Positions 54,505 through 64,000 of a DNA stretch of 64,000 bases are shown here, in pieces; position 1 is the first letter of the stretch, and each line of letters begins with the position of its first letter. A program made the translations under genes and the position numbers. A model generated the notes under the pieces. It had not been told where the DNA came from, ran no database searches, and was given only the letters and a program-made list of their open reading frames with translations. This stretch comes from an uncultured Myxococcales bacterium (GTDB taxonomy: Bacteria > Myxococcota_A > Polyangia > Fen-1088): NCBI GenBank assembly GCA_964540815.1, contig CAZIOH010000007.1:43867-107866 (forward strand), written 5' to 3'.

Positions 54505-55698
54505 ATGGCACGCGATCTGCTGGCTCGGCCCAAGAGCATGCGTGTTCCGTGGCTTACATGGATCGGGTTGTTCCTGCTCGCCTCGACCCCCGTCCTCGCC
54601 GAGACCACGGTCGCAAGGCAGGCCGACGACCCAGGGTCGGCTCCGCGAGGAGGCGGGGCTCCGCCCGAAGAAGCGTCCCAAGAAGCCCGCGAGGCGGCGC
54701 GCGGGCATTTCGCCCAGGGACTGGAGCGCGCAGGCCAGGCTGACTACGAGGGTGCCCTCCGCGAATTCACCGAGGCCTACGCGCTGAGCGCGCATTTCGC
54801 CGTCCTGTACAACATCGGCCAGGCCCAGATCGCTCTCGGCCACCCACTGGAGGCCGTCGAGACCTTGTCGAAGTACCTGCGCGATGGTCAAGAACAGGTT
54901 CCATCCGACCGCCGCTTGCAGGTGCAGGCTCAGGTCGAGCTCCTGCAGTTCCTCTTTGCCGAGCTGACCGTCACGACCGACCGCCCTGGGGCCCTGATCT
55001 TCATCGATGGTCGCGAGGTCGGCCGCACCCCCCTCTACCAGTCCGTTCGCTTGCCCGCCGGGACGCACACGGTGTCCGCCGTGGTGCAAGGGATGGCCCC
55101 GATCGTTCGCAGCGTGACCATCGCGCATGGGGAACGCCAGGTTGTGAACCTGGCGATGCCCGCCACCCCCGCGGTGGCGGCCAAGGACACGGGTGCACCT
55201 GCACCCGCACAGACGCCCGCACCCGCGTCCGGGGCTGGTAAAGCCACGGAGGGGCGCGCTCGCTCCGAGCCCGATCTCACGCTGGGAACGCCCAGCAGTG
55301 GGCGCACCCTGCCGGCGTTGGCGTACGCCGCCGTCGGAATTGGCGTGGCGCTGGGGGGGGCGGCGCTCGCGGTGTATCTCGGCAACCGAGGACGCTACCA
55401 GGACTGGGAAGCCAGCAACGCGGCACTCGAGAACGACAAGGGCGCCATCGACCATTACGCCCAGCAGACCGCCAACAATCGGCTCGCGGATTCACTCACG
55501 CGGGACAACCACCTCGTCGCCGGGCTCTCCATTGCCGGCGGTGCGTTGGTGGCGGGCGGGCTGACCTTCTTGATCCACGACCGGTTGCGAGGTGGGAGAG
55601 AAGGGGCTCGCGCGGACGACTCGACTGGCGCGTTCGGCCTGACCTGGGCCCAGCAAGGATCGGCGTCGGGCGCCATTTCTTGGAGCAAGCGGTGGTAG
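54505..55698 (+). CDS. Secreted TPR-like plus PEGA-domain protein with C-terminal TM segment (paralog of 36729..37883)
   Basis: Signal MRVPWLTWIGLFLLASTPVLA. PEGA PGALIFIDGREVGRTPLYQSVRLPAGTHTVSAVV. TM LAYAAVGIGVALGGAALAVYL. Starts 1 nt after the kinase stop. Confidence 0.65.
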   Translation: MARDLLARPKSMRVPWLTWIGLFLLASTPVLAETTVARQADDPGSAPRGGGAPPEEASQEAREAARGHFAQGLERAGQADYEGALREFTEAYALSAHFAVLYNIGQAQIALGHPLEAVETLSKYLRDGQEQVPSDRRLQVQAQVELLQFLFAELTVTTDRPGALIFIDGREVGRTPLYQSVRLPAGTHTVSAVVQGMAPIVRSVTIAHGERQVVNLAMPATPAVAAKDTGAPAPAQTPAPASGAGKATEGRARSEPDLTLGTPSSGRTLPALAYAAVGIGVALGGAALAVYLGNRGRYQDWEASNAALENDKGAIDHYAQQTANNRLADSLTRDNHLVAGLSIAGGALVAGGLTFLIHDRLRGGREGARADDSTGAFGLTWAQQGSASGAISWSKRW

Positions 55699-56477
55699 CC
55701 GGCTACGCGGACGGGCAGGGTGCGCGAGCGAGCGCGGGCGTGTCGGCGAGCGCGACCGCGACCGCGGCCGCGACGACATGGGGGATGGGCGCGATCCTGT
55801 CGGCCCTGGCGCTCTCGGCCTGTTTCGACGTGCAGAAGATCGATCCGGGCAAGGAAGCCTTTGTCATCTCCGACTTCGAGCAGGGCCAGGCCGTCGCGAA
55901 CAGCGCCCTGTTCGATCGATGGTTTTGTATCACCTTCAATCCGCAGCTCGGCCAGGATCCCGGTCAGACGGTGACCTGCGCCGTGGAGGACTACCCGGGC
56001 GACCAGAGCCAGTTCGGCTTGATGGCCACGTTCGCGCTCCACAACGGACTCCCCGACGCCCAGTACGCGGGCGCGACCTTGATGACGATCGCAGATGACG
56101 CGGCGGTCGATTTCAACGGCTTTCAGTATCTCTCCTTCAAGCTGAGGGTGGAGTTTGGCGGGCCCCCGCCGCCCACGGCGCAGGTGGATGTGCAGCTCGG
56201 CTGTAACTCCGTCGCGGGTCAGGACACGAATGACCATCAAGAGTACTTCGACCTGTTCCACCTGATCGCAGCGACCCCCACCTGGTCGACGTTTCAACTC
56301 CCACTTTCTTCGTTCATGCAACGCATGGACGAGACAAACCTTTTCAAAGGTGGGCCCAAGGCGTGTCTCGGGCTGGTTGACAGTGTTCGTTTTGAAGTCA
56401 ACGCACTCTTGATGCAGGGCCAGTCGGCAAGCGGCACGCTTCATATCGACGATGTGCGCCTGGAGGGCCCCGTCTAA
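55680..56477 (+). CDS. Lipoprotein with CBM-like beta-sandwich domain
   Basis: Lipobox ILSALALSAC. C-terminal SGTLHIDDVRLEGPV. Start uncertain (55680 or ATG at 55785). Confidence 0.5.
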   Translation: MEQAVVAGYADGQGARASAGVSASATATAAATTWGMGAILSALALSACFDVQKIDPGKEAFVISDFEQGQAVANSALFDRWFCITFNPQLGQDPGQTVTCAVEDYPGDQSQFGLMATFALHNGLPDAQYAGATLMTIADDAAVDFNGFQYLSFKLRVEFGGPPPPTAQVDVQLGCNSVAGQDTNDHQEYFDLFHLIAATPTWSTFQLPLSSFMQRMDETNLFKGGPKACLGLVDSVRFEVNALLMQGQSASGTLHIDDVRLEGPV

Positions 56478-57337
56478 TGACGCCCAGACGGTCTTGCCTC
56501 GAGATCGAGAAGCCGCTCACCCCGCCGTCTTCCGTGGTGGTGATGGTCTGTGTGCTGACCGGGGTCTCGGCCTGCTCGAGTGGTGCGCCAGAGACCGGCT
56601 ACACTCTCATCGATGACATGGAGGGCACGAGCGGCATCATCGAATGGACTGCCCTGGTCGGAAGCCCGGGCAGCTGGGACTCTTTTTCGGACCAGCCGGG
56701 CAGCGTTCTGCCGTTGCCACGAGACGAGGGGGGCGTGTGGTCTCAGGATCTGGTGCCAGCTCCGTACCAGACCCGGCCCGGGATCACGAGCACGCATGCA
56801 GCCCGCCTTCGAACCACGACTCCACTCGTCAACCAATGGGGGGCCGCGATGGGTTTCGACTTCGCGGACCTCCCGACCTTACCGACTTCCTCGACATCCA
56901 CGGGGCATTCGACGATGTCGGCGGTGGGCGTCGACTTGACGGCGTTCCGGGGCATCTCTCTGTGGGCAATGGCGTCTGGCACCGGCACGACGACCGTTGA
57001 CCTAGAGGTCGACGATTCGAATACCCACCCGAGCGGCGGGCGTTGCGACCCGACGGCGACCGACAACCCCCGAACCGCCTGCTACGACTCGTTCAGCTTC
57101 CCGCTCGACCTCACGGGCACGTTCACGCGGTACACCATCGACTTCTCCCAGTTGAAGCAGGCCGCGTTCGGCCATCAGACGATGCCGAGCGTGCTGACCC
57201 AGGACAACGTGTACGGAATGTCGTTCGCCGTCCGTCCCCCCGGCGGCTTCTGCCCGCCCACCACGATGTGCGCAGGAGCACTCCCGACGTTGACGTTCGA
57301 CATCTGGATCGACGATCTGTACTTCGTCCCCAGGTGA
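56477..57337 (+). CDS. Lipoprotein with CBM-like beta-sandwich domain (paralog of 45947..46732)
   Basis: Lipobox VLTGVSAC. GGRCDPTATDNPRTACYDSF. C-terminal LTFDIWIDDLYFVPR. Confidence 0.6.
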   Translation: MTPRRSCLEIEKPLTPPSSVVVMVCVLTGVSACSSGAPETGYTLIDDMEGTSGIIEWTALVGSPGSWDSFSDQPGSVLPLPRDEGGVWSQDLVPAPYQTRPGITSTHAARLRTTTPLVNQWGAAMGFDFADLPTLPTSSTSTGHSTMSAVGVDLTAFRGISLWAMASGTGTTTVDLEVDDSNTHPSGGRCDPTATDNPRTACYDSFSFPLDLTGTFTRYTIDFSQLKQAAFGHQTMPSVLTQDNVYGMSFAVRPPGGFCPPTTMCAGALPTLTFDIWIDDLYFVPR

Positions 57338-57828
57338 GGCGCCCTCCGAATACCCATTCCTTCCGTGGCCTCGACGGCGGATCATGGCCGCTGTTTCGCG
57401 GGAGGAGGCTTTCGGGGTGTGCGGCGGCGTGGCCGTCGCACCACGCGGATCCGTCCGCTTCCCAGCCCGGTCGCAAGTGCATCACCATTGCCGCCAGCAC
57501 TTGGTCAATGCCCACCCGCCACAGGGGGCGCAGAAGATCCGTCGCCCACATGACCTGATCGGCCAGCGTCGAGACGGCCAGGCTCGTGCCCATCCGCTCA
57601 AAGCGCCCCTTCTGCCGATGCAACGGCAGGCCATCGTCGTACTTGTCGACCACCAGGGATCGAAATCTCCTGAGCCTGCGCCTGAGCAGGATACATCCCC
57701 ACGCCGCGCGCCGGGCCAGCGCCAGAAGTCTGCGCGGGCCCACGCCCCTTGATCGTGGGGCGCAGGCAGAGACTCTGGGCCGGACCGGCGCTCGGGACCT
57801 CGCATTTTCGCGGCCCTGGATCACGCCA

Positions 57829-59271
57829 TCAAGGCAGCAGCGGAGGATTTGCGTTCCGCGCGAGCTGTAGCGCCTGCTCCGGGAACCACGCGCCGGCCGC
57901 CGGGTCGACCAGCCCCCACAACGGGTCAAAGTGGATTTGTGCGTCGCCCGTGAGGGCCCAGGGGTTGTAGACCGAGAAGTCCCAGGCGCGCGCCCCGCCC
58001 GCGATGTCGCATGATCCGTCGGATCCAGCCGGAGTCTTCACCCAAAGAACCGCGTCTTCGAGCGGAACGCCCGTGTTCGCTGACGGTCGCAGGCCCAAGC
58101 CGGCACCAAAGGCGTTGCACCAGCTTCCCGCGTTCAGCCCGGCGATGACGTTCGCCGGCTGGCTGAAAGGCGGGGCCACGAACGGCGCCGTGTCGAGGAC
58201 ACCCTGACCATTGCGGCCGGTGTCGATGACGAAGTGAGACAGCGCCGCCGGTCCCGCTGGCGGATTGGCCGCATTGTCGACGTTGTCCGCGTACCACTGA
58301 TCGGTCAGCCCCCATGTTGAAAAATCGGTGGGCGTGGCCGGAAAGTATTGGCTGGCGCAGTAGTCGTAGTGACCAAGCCGCCAACCGCCTTCCGCGGCAT
58401 TGCTCGCATAGTAAATGCACTTCGAGATCCAGGCGCCGTACTTTGTCAGCTGCGCCGTCGGCTGGTAATTCGACACGTTGACGAACAGTCCCTTGGCGCG
58501 CTGGACGCCCGCCTTGACCAGGCGAGAGGCGGCCTCCCCGACGGGAAGCCAGCTGCTGTGCGTGCCGTCGAGATACACCGAGGCGTTGGGCGCGCTGCCG
58601 TTGATGCTGTCGACGGCGTGGTTCATCTGCGCGTACCGTTCGGTCGGATTCGCGCCCGGGGCGGGAACTAAATTGCCCGAAGCATCCGTCACCGTGGGCT
58701 TGCACCAGTCGGCTTGACCGTCGATGGTCGTGTTGTAAGGGATGATGCCCAGACCGTCGGGCTCGAGGATGACCAGAGCCCTTCCGGAGCCAATGCCTTG
58801 GGCGAAGCCGTCGATCCAGGCGTCGTAGGCGGCCGTGTCGGCCGCGCCTCCTCCTGAGTACTGCGCGCAGTCACGGAAAGGGACGTTGTACGCGACCAGG
58901 ATGGGGACACGGTGTGCCCGTGCGGCGTGCGCCATCGTATCGTGCACGGCGGCCTCGACCTCGGCGGGCGTGCCTCCATTGAACCACACGGCTTGTGGCG
59001 TCGCTTCCATCGCGAACAACCGCGAGGCGTCGCGAAAGTGCCGGCCCTTTACCAGATCCTCGATCTGGGCAACGGCCGCGGGAGCGGCCGGCGGAACGTA
59101 AAAGCGCGTGTTCGCCGCCGGATCTCCGGCGCACGGAGCTTGTGCCTCGAGCGCTGCCTCCGTGACGGTCGCCTCCGGCTCCGTGCCCGGCCCCGATGGA
59201 TCCCCCGCGCACCCCAGCAGGATCAGCATTTCACACACACAGACACTCCCAACCAACATCTGCTTCTTCAT
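57829..59271 (-). CDS. Glycoside hydrolase family 6 lipoprotein (paralog of the kinase-fused GH6 domain)
   Basis: MKKQMLVGSVCVCEMLILLGCAG lipobox. ILVAYNVPFRDCAQYSGGGA and LVILEPDGLGI GH6 signatures. Collinear with residues 400-900 of 51657..54503. Confidence 0.8.
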   Translation of the reverse strand: MKKQMLVGSVCVCEMLILLGCAGDPSGPGTEPEATVTEAALEAQAPCAGDPAANTRFYVPPAAPAAVAQIEDLVKGRHFRDASRLFAMEATPQAVWFNGGTPAEVEAAVHDTMAHAARAHRVPILVAYNVPFRDCAQYSGGGAADTAAYDAWIDGFAQGIGSGRALVILEPDGLGIIPYNTTIDGQADWCKPTVTDASGNLVPAPGANPTERYAQMNHAVDSINGSAPNASVYLDGTHSSWLPVGEAASRLVKAGVQRAKGLFVNVSNYQPTAQLTKYGAWISKCIYYASNAAEGGWRLGHYDYCASQYFPATPTDFSTWGLTDQWYADNVDNAANPPAGPAALSHFVIDTGRNGQGVLDTAPFVAPPFSQPANVIAGLNAGSWCNAFGAGLGLRPSANTGVPLEDAVLWVKTPAGSDGSCDIAGGARAWDFSVYNPWALTGDAQIHFDPLWGLVDPAAGAWFPEQALQLARNANPPLLP

Positions 59272-60349
59272 TGTTTCCCATCCCTCTCTTGGTTTGACGC
59301 GGCACCCGTCGAATGTGAACAAACCCGATCCTTCGACGGATTGCTTCCGCCGCGGCGGCCCACGATGACGATGGCCATAGCAACCGCCGCGCCAGCGACG
59401 ACCGACAAAGACAGCGGCCGAGTCCGGGCACCGTCGAGCGTGAGGAGCCGTAATGTCGCGGAATGGTCGGCGTCCATGTTGGGCTGGTCATCGCGGACGC
59501 CGGGACCGGACGTCCGCGAGATGTCCGCGGTCGCTCGTCGGCAGCGTGCGCGTGGCCTGAGCGGCTTCAGGCGTGCGCGCAACAGGAGCTCGACGTGTCC
59601 GGCCAGGATAGGGTCATGTCTCATCCCGAGGCCCACGGGCCGGATGACGGGGGCGCCCCCATCGCTTCGTGGTCGCAAGCGGCCCACCGCTCGCCGTGGC
59701 GATCCGCCATGTCCATCGAACGACGAACGCCGCGTCCCGGGCATCGAGGTCAGCGAGAGCTGTGACCGACACAAATGTTTTCACTCCTGCTCGACCGCTG
59801 AATGGCACGATATGGGAATGTGATCCCGTACCCGGCGGTAGCCGGGGCTCCGGCCGTTCCCATGCGGGCAGGAACATGACCGGCCAAGGACTGCGCCCGC
59901 TGGCAGAAGCGGATTGGAGGTCCCCTTTTTAGGCCGACTGCCACCGTCTATGTTGCCGTCCGAAAGGCCTTCCGAAGCCGGCCCAGGCCACGCCGCGGGC
60001 CTCCTAACTCGCCCCACGGCTCGGACCTGTCCGCTCGGAATCACGAGGTCGACGCCCGCGCCCAGGGGGATCTCCGAAGATGGTGTCGACCCGGCTGTGA
60101 GGCACCCCGTGCCGCACGAGGACTCAGCGACGTTGATCTGCCTCGCACTCTACCTGCGACCCGATGGGTCGGCTGGATCGATTGTGAAAGATCGGCGGCG
60201 ATGAGTCCTGTGATCCTGGCGCCGAGACTCAATAATCTCTTGGGGACAATGGCCTTGAGATGCGTCCCCTGGATAGCGTTAGCGTGTTGCAGAGCAGGTG
60301 CGCTGGCAGGTCCGCTCGCCGTCCATCTGGGCGTCGAGTTTACCCTCGC

Positions 60350-61413
60350 CCCTGGGCAGGGCGCCGAAACAGCCGACCTTGGAACACCCACCGCAAGGGT
60401 TCGGTTTGTCCGGGTCATCGAGGACGGTCGCTCCCGCACGAGATCAATTGCCCGGTCCCTGGTGACCACGAGGTTCTCGTACGGGTGCATGCTGCAGCCG
60501 CGAGCATCGGCGACCACCACGTCGTCACCGGGAAGCCCTACGTGGTCCGGCTCAGTCCACATTGCGGCCTGCTTCGACCCCGGAGCCACGTACCGGGTAT
60601 GGCCCTTTCGGGTCGCGTGGAGGCTGTCGGGGCGAAGGTGACCACGCTTCAAGCGGGCGACGAGGTCTACGGCGATGCACCGACTGGTGCATTTGCCGAA
60701 TACGCGATCGTTTCTGCCGAGCGGCTCGCGCCCAAGCCCGTCAACCTGTCGTTTGAAGAGGCAGCTGCGACCCCATGGGCGGTTACCCCGGTCCAGGCAC
60801 TGCGCGACGTGGGAGGTCTCCAGGCCGGCCAGAAGGTATTGATCAGGTATTGATCAACGGCGCCTCAGGCGGCGTCGGGAGCTGGGCGATCCAGCTCGCC
60901 AAGGCGCTCGGAGCCGAGGTGACGGCGGTACGTAGCGGACGCAACGCGGAGATGGTGCGCGCGCTCGGCGCGGATGCTGTCATCGACTACACGAAGGAAG
61001 ACTTCATGTCGGGTGGAGGCCGCTTCGATCTGGTCTTTGACACGGTCGGTAACCGCGCGCTCTCGGACTTCAGAAAGGTGCTCTGTCCCACCGGAACCTA
61101 TGTCTCATGCAGCGGCGGCAAGTCGACGTTGCGCTGGTTGTTTCGGCTCGCGGCGGTGTCTCTGACGTCACTGTTCACGCGTCAGAGGCTGAAGATGCTC
61201 ATCGTGTCCCCCAACCGGGCGGACCTGCTTTCTCTGAAGGAGATCGTCGAGGCCGGAAGGGCGAAACCCGTCATCGAGCGTCGCTACGCTCTGAGCGAGG
61301 TCTCGGATGCGCTCCGCCATGTCGGCGGGGGACACGCTCGGGGGCAGGTCGTCATCCGGATCGCGGATCAGCCGTCGTCACTCACACAGTCCTTTGGATC
61401 GCGATCTTGTTGA
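60350..61413 (+). pseudogene. MDR-family (quinone oxidoreductase/zinc-ADH-like) oxidoreductase with at least two frameshifts
   Basis: Frame A reads VRFVRVIEDG. Frame B reads PVPGDHEVLVRVHAAAASIGDHHVVTGKPY...GQKVLIRY*. Frame C reads VLINGASGGVGSWAIQLAKALGAEV... to the C-terminus. An 11-bp tandem duplication aggtattgatc at 60834-60855 causes the B to C shift. Confidence 0.55.
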
Positions 61414-62118
61414 GAGAGTGGCGCTGCTCTTGGGCGCTCTTGCGCGAGCGGGTCGCCCAGCTCTCCTCGCTGTGTCTCGAGCCAATGCGCGGCCAATGAG
61501 GCATGGTGTCCTTTGGCGTGGTCGTCGGCCGGGCGCGAAGAATGCGCTCGCCAAGATCTGGAACGCCGAGGCCGAGGACAAGGGACACGGCCAAACGTCT
61601 TCGCCGCCGACTGCTGCACCCAAGTGGCCCAAGGCGGCCGCCAAGATCACCCACGACCTCGACCTGCTGCTGGCCATGTATGATTGCCCCGCCGAACTCT
61701 GGATCCATCTGGCCTCGGGCGGCGCCGCGGGAACGGCAGCACCGCGGCCCTCGCCGAGAGCCAGCCCGACTCCGAGCAACCATCCGACGAGGCCGGTGAG
61801 GCCCCCCTTTGACCGCTGGCGCGCGGTGATGACTCGGCGCCGTCCATCGAGAGCAGCGAGGCCGGCCCCGATGCCGGCCAGACCGCCACCGCGAAGGCTG
61901 CCCCCCCGAACGAGGAACCCGCCGCCTGCGTGCGGCCCTGGCCCCTCAGATTAGATTCCGCTGCTCATGGTCGGTCGCCGGCTCGGAATGATGCTGGTTG
62001 CCGACGAGCAGCAAGTCCTTCACCAGATCCCTGCCGCTGTTCTCGCGTAGCATGACCAATATACCAATCGCAGCACCTCGAGCGGCCCCCCAGGTGGACG
62101 ACAATAGCTGCCTCAGGA

Positions 62119-62472
62119 TCACCTGGTCGGGACGAGTCCAAGGAAGAGCTCCAACCCCTGATCGATGGAGATGAGTTCATCGGATGTGAGGCCGCCGAAA
62201 ACGCGGCGAATACGCCGCTTGTCGATTGACCGGAGCTGGTCGATCAGCGCGTACGAAACCTTCGTCAGGCCGCTCTTGCCGGGGGTCAGCATTGGATAAA
62301 GGGCCCCCTCCCCGGCCGTTCCAGTTACCGGCACCACCGCTATCAATGGAAAGCGCTGGTCGATGTTCACCGCAGAATCGCTCACCGTGATGCAAGGCCG
62401 GACGCCTCGCTGCTCGTGACCCACGGTGGGATCGAGCTCGACCAGAACGACCGTACCTCGACCCAAGTTCAC
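62119..62472 (-). CDS. MazF/PemK-family endoribonuclease toxin
   Basis: GTVVLVELDPTVGHEQRGVRPCITVS...IAVVPVTG...SYALIDQLRSIDKRRI. GTG start overlaps the antitoxin stop (TAGTG). Confidence 0.7.
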   Translation of the reverse strand: MNLGRGTVVLVELDPTVGHEQRGVRPCITVSDSAVNIDQRFPLIAVVPVTGTAGEGALYPMLTPGKSGLTKVSYALIDQLRSIDKRRIRRVFGGLTSDELISIDQGLELFLGLVPTR

Positions 62473-62777
62473 TACGGATCCTCGGTCCAGCCCTGTCCCT
62501 CCACCCAAAGCACCGCCGTACCGGCCGACATATCGACCAGCCCTTGATCGTCCGCGGGGATATTCGCGGCCCAGTCGGCGAAGCCAGCCTCGGCGAGCTC
62601 GGCGGCTTCAGGGTGCGGCGCCCTGAGCGAGCGCACCAGGCCCGCCCGGCGACGGCTGACCAGCTCGTGCGCAACCGCCTCGGCTATGAAGCGACTGCGG
62701 TTGCGCTCCAAGCGGTCGATTCCCTCGAGAAGCTCGACGGGCAAGGTCACGGTAACTCGTTCCGTGGCTGCTGGCAT
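62472..62777 (-). CDS. Ribbon-helix-helix (CopG/MazE-like) antitoxin
   Basis: VTVTLPVELLEGIDRLERNRSRFIAEAVAHEL RHH fold. Immediately upstream of the toxin. Confidence 0.65.
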   Translation of the reverse strand: MPAATERVTVTLPVELLEGIDRLERNRSRFIAEAVAHELVSRRRAGLVRSLRAPHPEAAELAEAGFADWAANIPADDQGLVDMSAGTAVLWVEGQGWTEDP

Positions 62778-62792
62778 TTTGTATGCTTAGTT

Positions 62793-62804
62793 ATATGATC
62801 ATAT
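62793..62804. promoter_or_regulatory. Perfect 12-bp palindrome ATATGATCATAT in the AT-rich region 16 nt upstream of the antitoxin start; candidate autoregulatory operator
   Basis: Seen directly. Sits in the only AT-rich stretch of the region (62760-62830). Confidence 0.35.
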
Positions 62805-64000
62805 CCTGAAGTAGCAAGCGCCAAGTGGGAGACCGGCCCACAAGCTAGTCTCTCCCCGATCTTATGCGAGCGAGCGCTCAAGAATCATGAACGCGAACCC
62901 TGACGCTCACCTCGATCTGGCCGACTGCGCCCCTCCAGGTGCTCACCCCGCCGGCTCGATGGTCGCGGGCCGGAAGACGAGCACGGCGACGTCGTATCGA
63001 TAGTCCTCGCCGCCGCAAAGGACCTCGGTGAGGACCATCGGGCCAAGGGTCCGGCCGGCGATGGTGACCTCGACCGGGGCTCCTCCGACGCGAGGCAAGC
63101 AGCCCTCCGCAAAGAGCGCCAAGACCGACGGCATCATCGCGTACACCGTTGCACTGCCGTCCTCGCCGACCACGCCCCGATGCCTGTCCACGGGGAAAGG
63201 ATCCGATTGGTTTCCGTGTCGTCGCATCGCAGGATCTCGTTTCTGCGCTGGCCGCCGCCGGCTCGCCGCCGACGGACGGCTCGACTACCACCACACGCGC
63301 TACGGTTGGGGGCCCGCTCCTATTGGGATCGCGGGGTGATCAAGCGGCGACCCTCCGGCACTTCTGTTTCGTGAGGTCGGGCTTCTTGTTCTCGGTCTTC
63401 GCCTCTTGATCTTCGCGCTCGGCGCGCTTGCCCATCTACGAAGCGGACCCCTGCACGTACGACCGGCGCCATGTCGTGGGCATCGATTCGGCGCCAGGTT
63501 TCCTTTGCGACGGTGAGCAGCCTTGAACGTCATGTCTGCGATCGCAGTCTCCGCCTCACCGCGGGTCTCTGCGAACATCACGGCGTGGAGTTGCTCCTCG
63601 GCCGCGGCCTGCAGGGCGATGGCCGTCCATCTCGCCGGCAGGGTCAACTCCGATCCCGAACCCCATATTCAGGCAGGTCCGCCTGGGGAGTGCCGAAGAG
63701 CTCGAGGATGCCGAGCAGGCGCGTTCCGTCGGTGACATTCCAGATCTTGATGCGGCGCTGTGACCTGTTGAGTCGCAGCCGCCTGGGCGACGTGGCTCGA
63801 CTACCACCACCCGCGTTACGGCTCGGCCGCCGTGACCGATGCACCGTCGCTGAAATTTCCGTCCGCGATGACCTCCGCGGGTCGAAAAAAAGCGTGCGCT
63901 TCATCCCCAGCGGCGAGAGAACCCGATTCGCCACCGCTTGACGGTAGCTGACGCCCCCGGCCCTCTCCAGGGCCAGTCCCGCCAGGGCGAAGTTCGGGTT

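Overview
High-GC (~70%) bacterial chromosome segment with a myxobacterial flavour: Myxococcus-type cysteine-rich repeats, PEGA/TPR proteins, FHA-sigma54 activators, eukaryotic-like Ser/Thr kinases, DUF1552/DUF1592 pairs and many lipoproteins. All calls come from reading the six-frame ORF track and the raw sequence; no searches were run. The window is gene-dense, carrying about 45 supportable CDSs and several decayed genes. The decayed genes are esterase fragments, an M28 peptidase fragment, a CheB-receiver remnant, a frameshifted MDR oxidoreductase with an 11-bp tandem duplication, a truncated SDR and an IS3 orfA remnant. The most interesting region is a tightly packed minus-strand operon (about 36254 down to 26047) built around a family-1-like encapsulin shell gene (30363..31292). 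It has none of the canonical cargo genes (DyP, ferritin-like, hemerythrin). Instead it encodes a fusion of a beta-rich domain (possibly DUF3237, from memory) with a truncated haemoglobin, two unknown proteins, a tandem beta-rich-domain protein, an amine-oxidase-like FAD enzyme and a polyprenyl diphosphate synthase. The FAD enzyme ends in a targeting-peptide-like motif, ...DEGLRRLRIVSGR. The operon is headed by a zinc-ribbon/adenylate cyclase/AAA/TPR protein and followed by a Ser/Thr kinase with a cNMP-binding domain. A second notable module (50236..59271) couples an FHA-sigma54 activator to a membrane Ser/Thr kinase whose extracellular domain is a GH6 (cellulase-family) fold. A paralogous GH6 lipoprotein and CBM-like lipoproteins sit beside it. 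Other items are two translationally coupled DUF1592(CxxCH)/DUF1552(Tat) pairs and an orphan PAAR-HExxH effector with a putative immunity gene. There is also an HTTM (gamma-carboxylase-like) gene with a GTGA-coupled partner, a three-copy dispersed repeat element, and a MazEF-like toxin-antitoxin pair with a palindromic operator. No rRNA, tRNA or CRISPR array was recognised.
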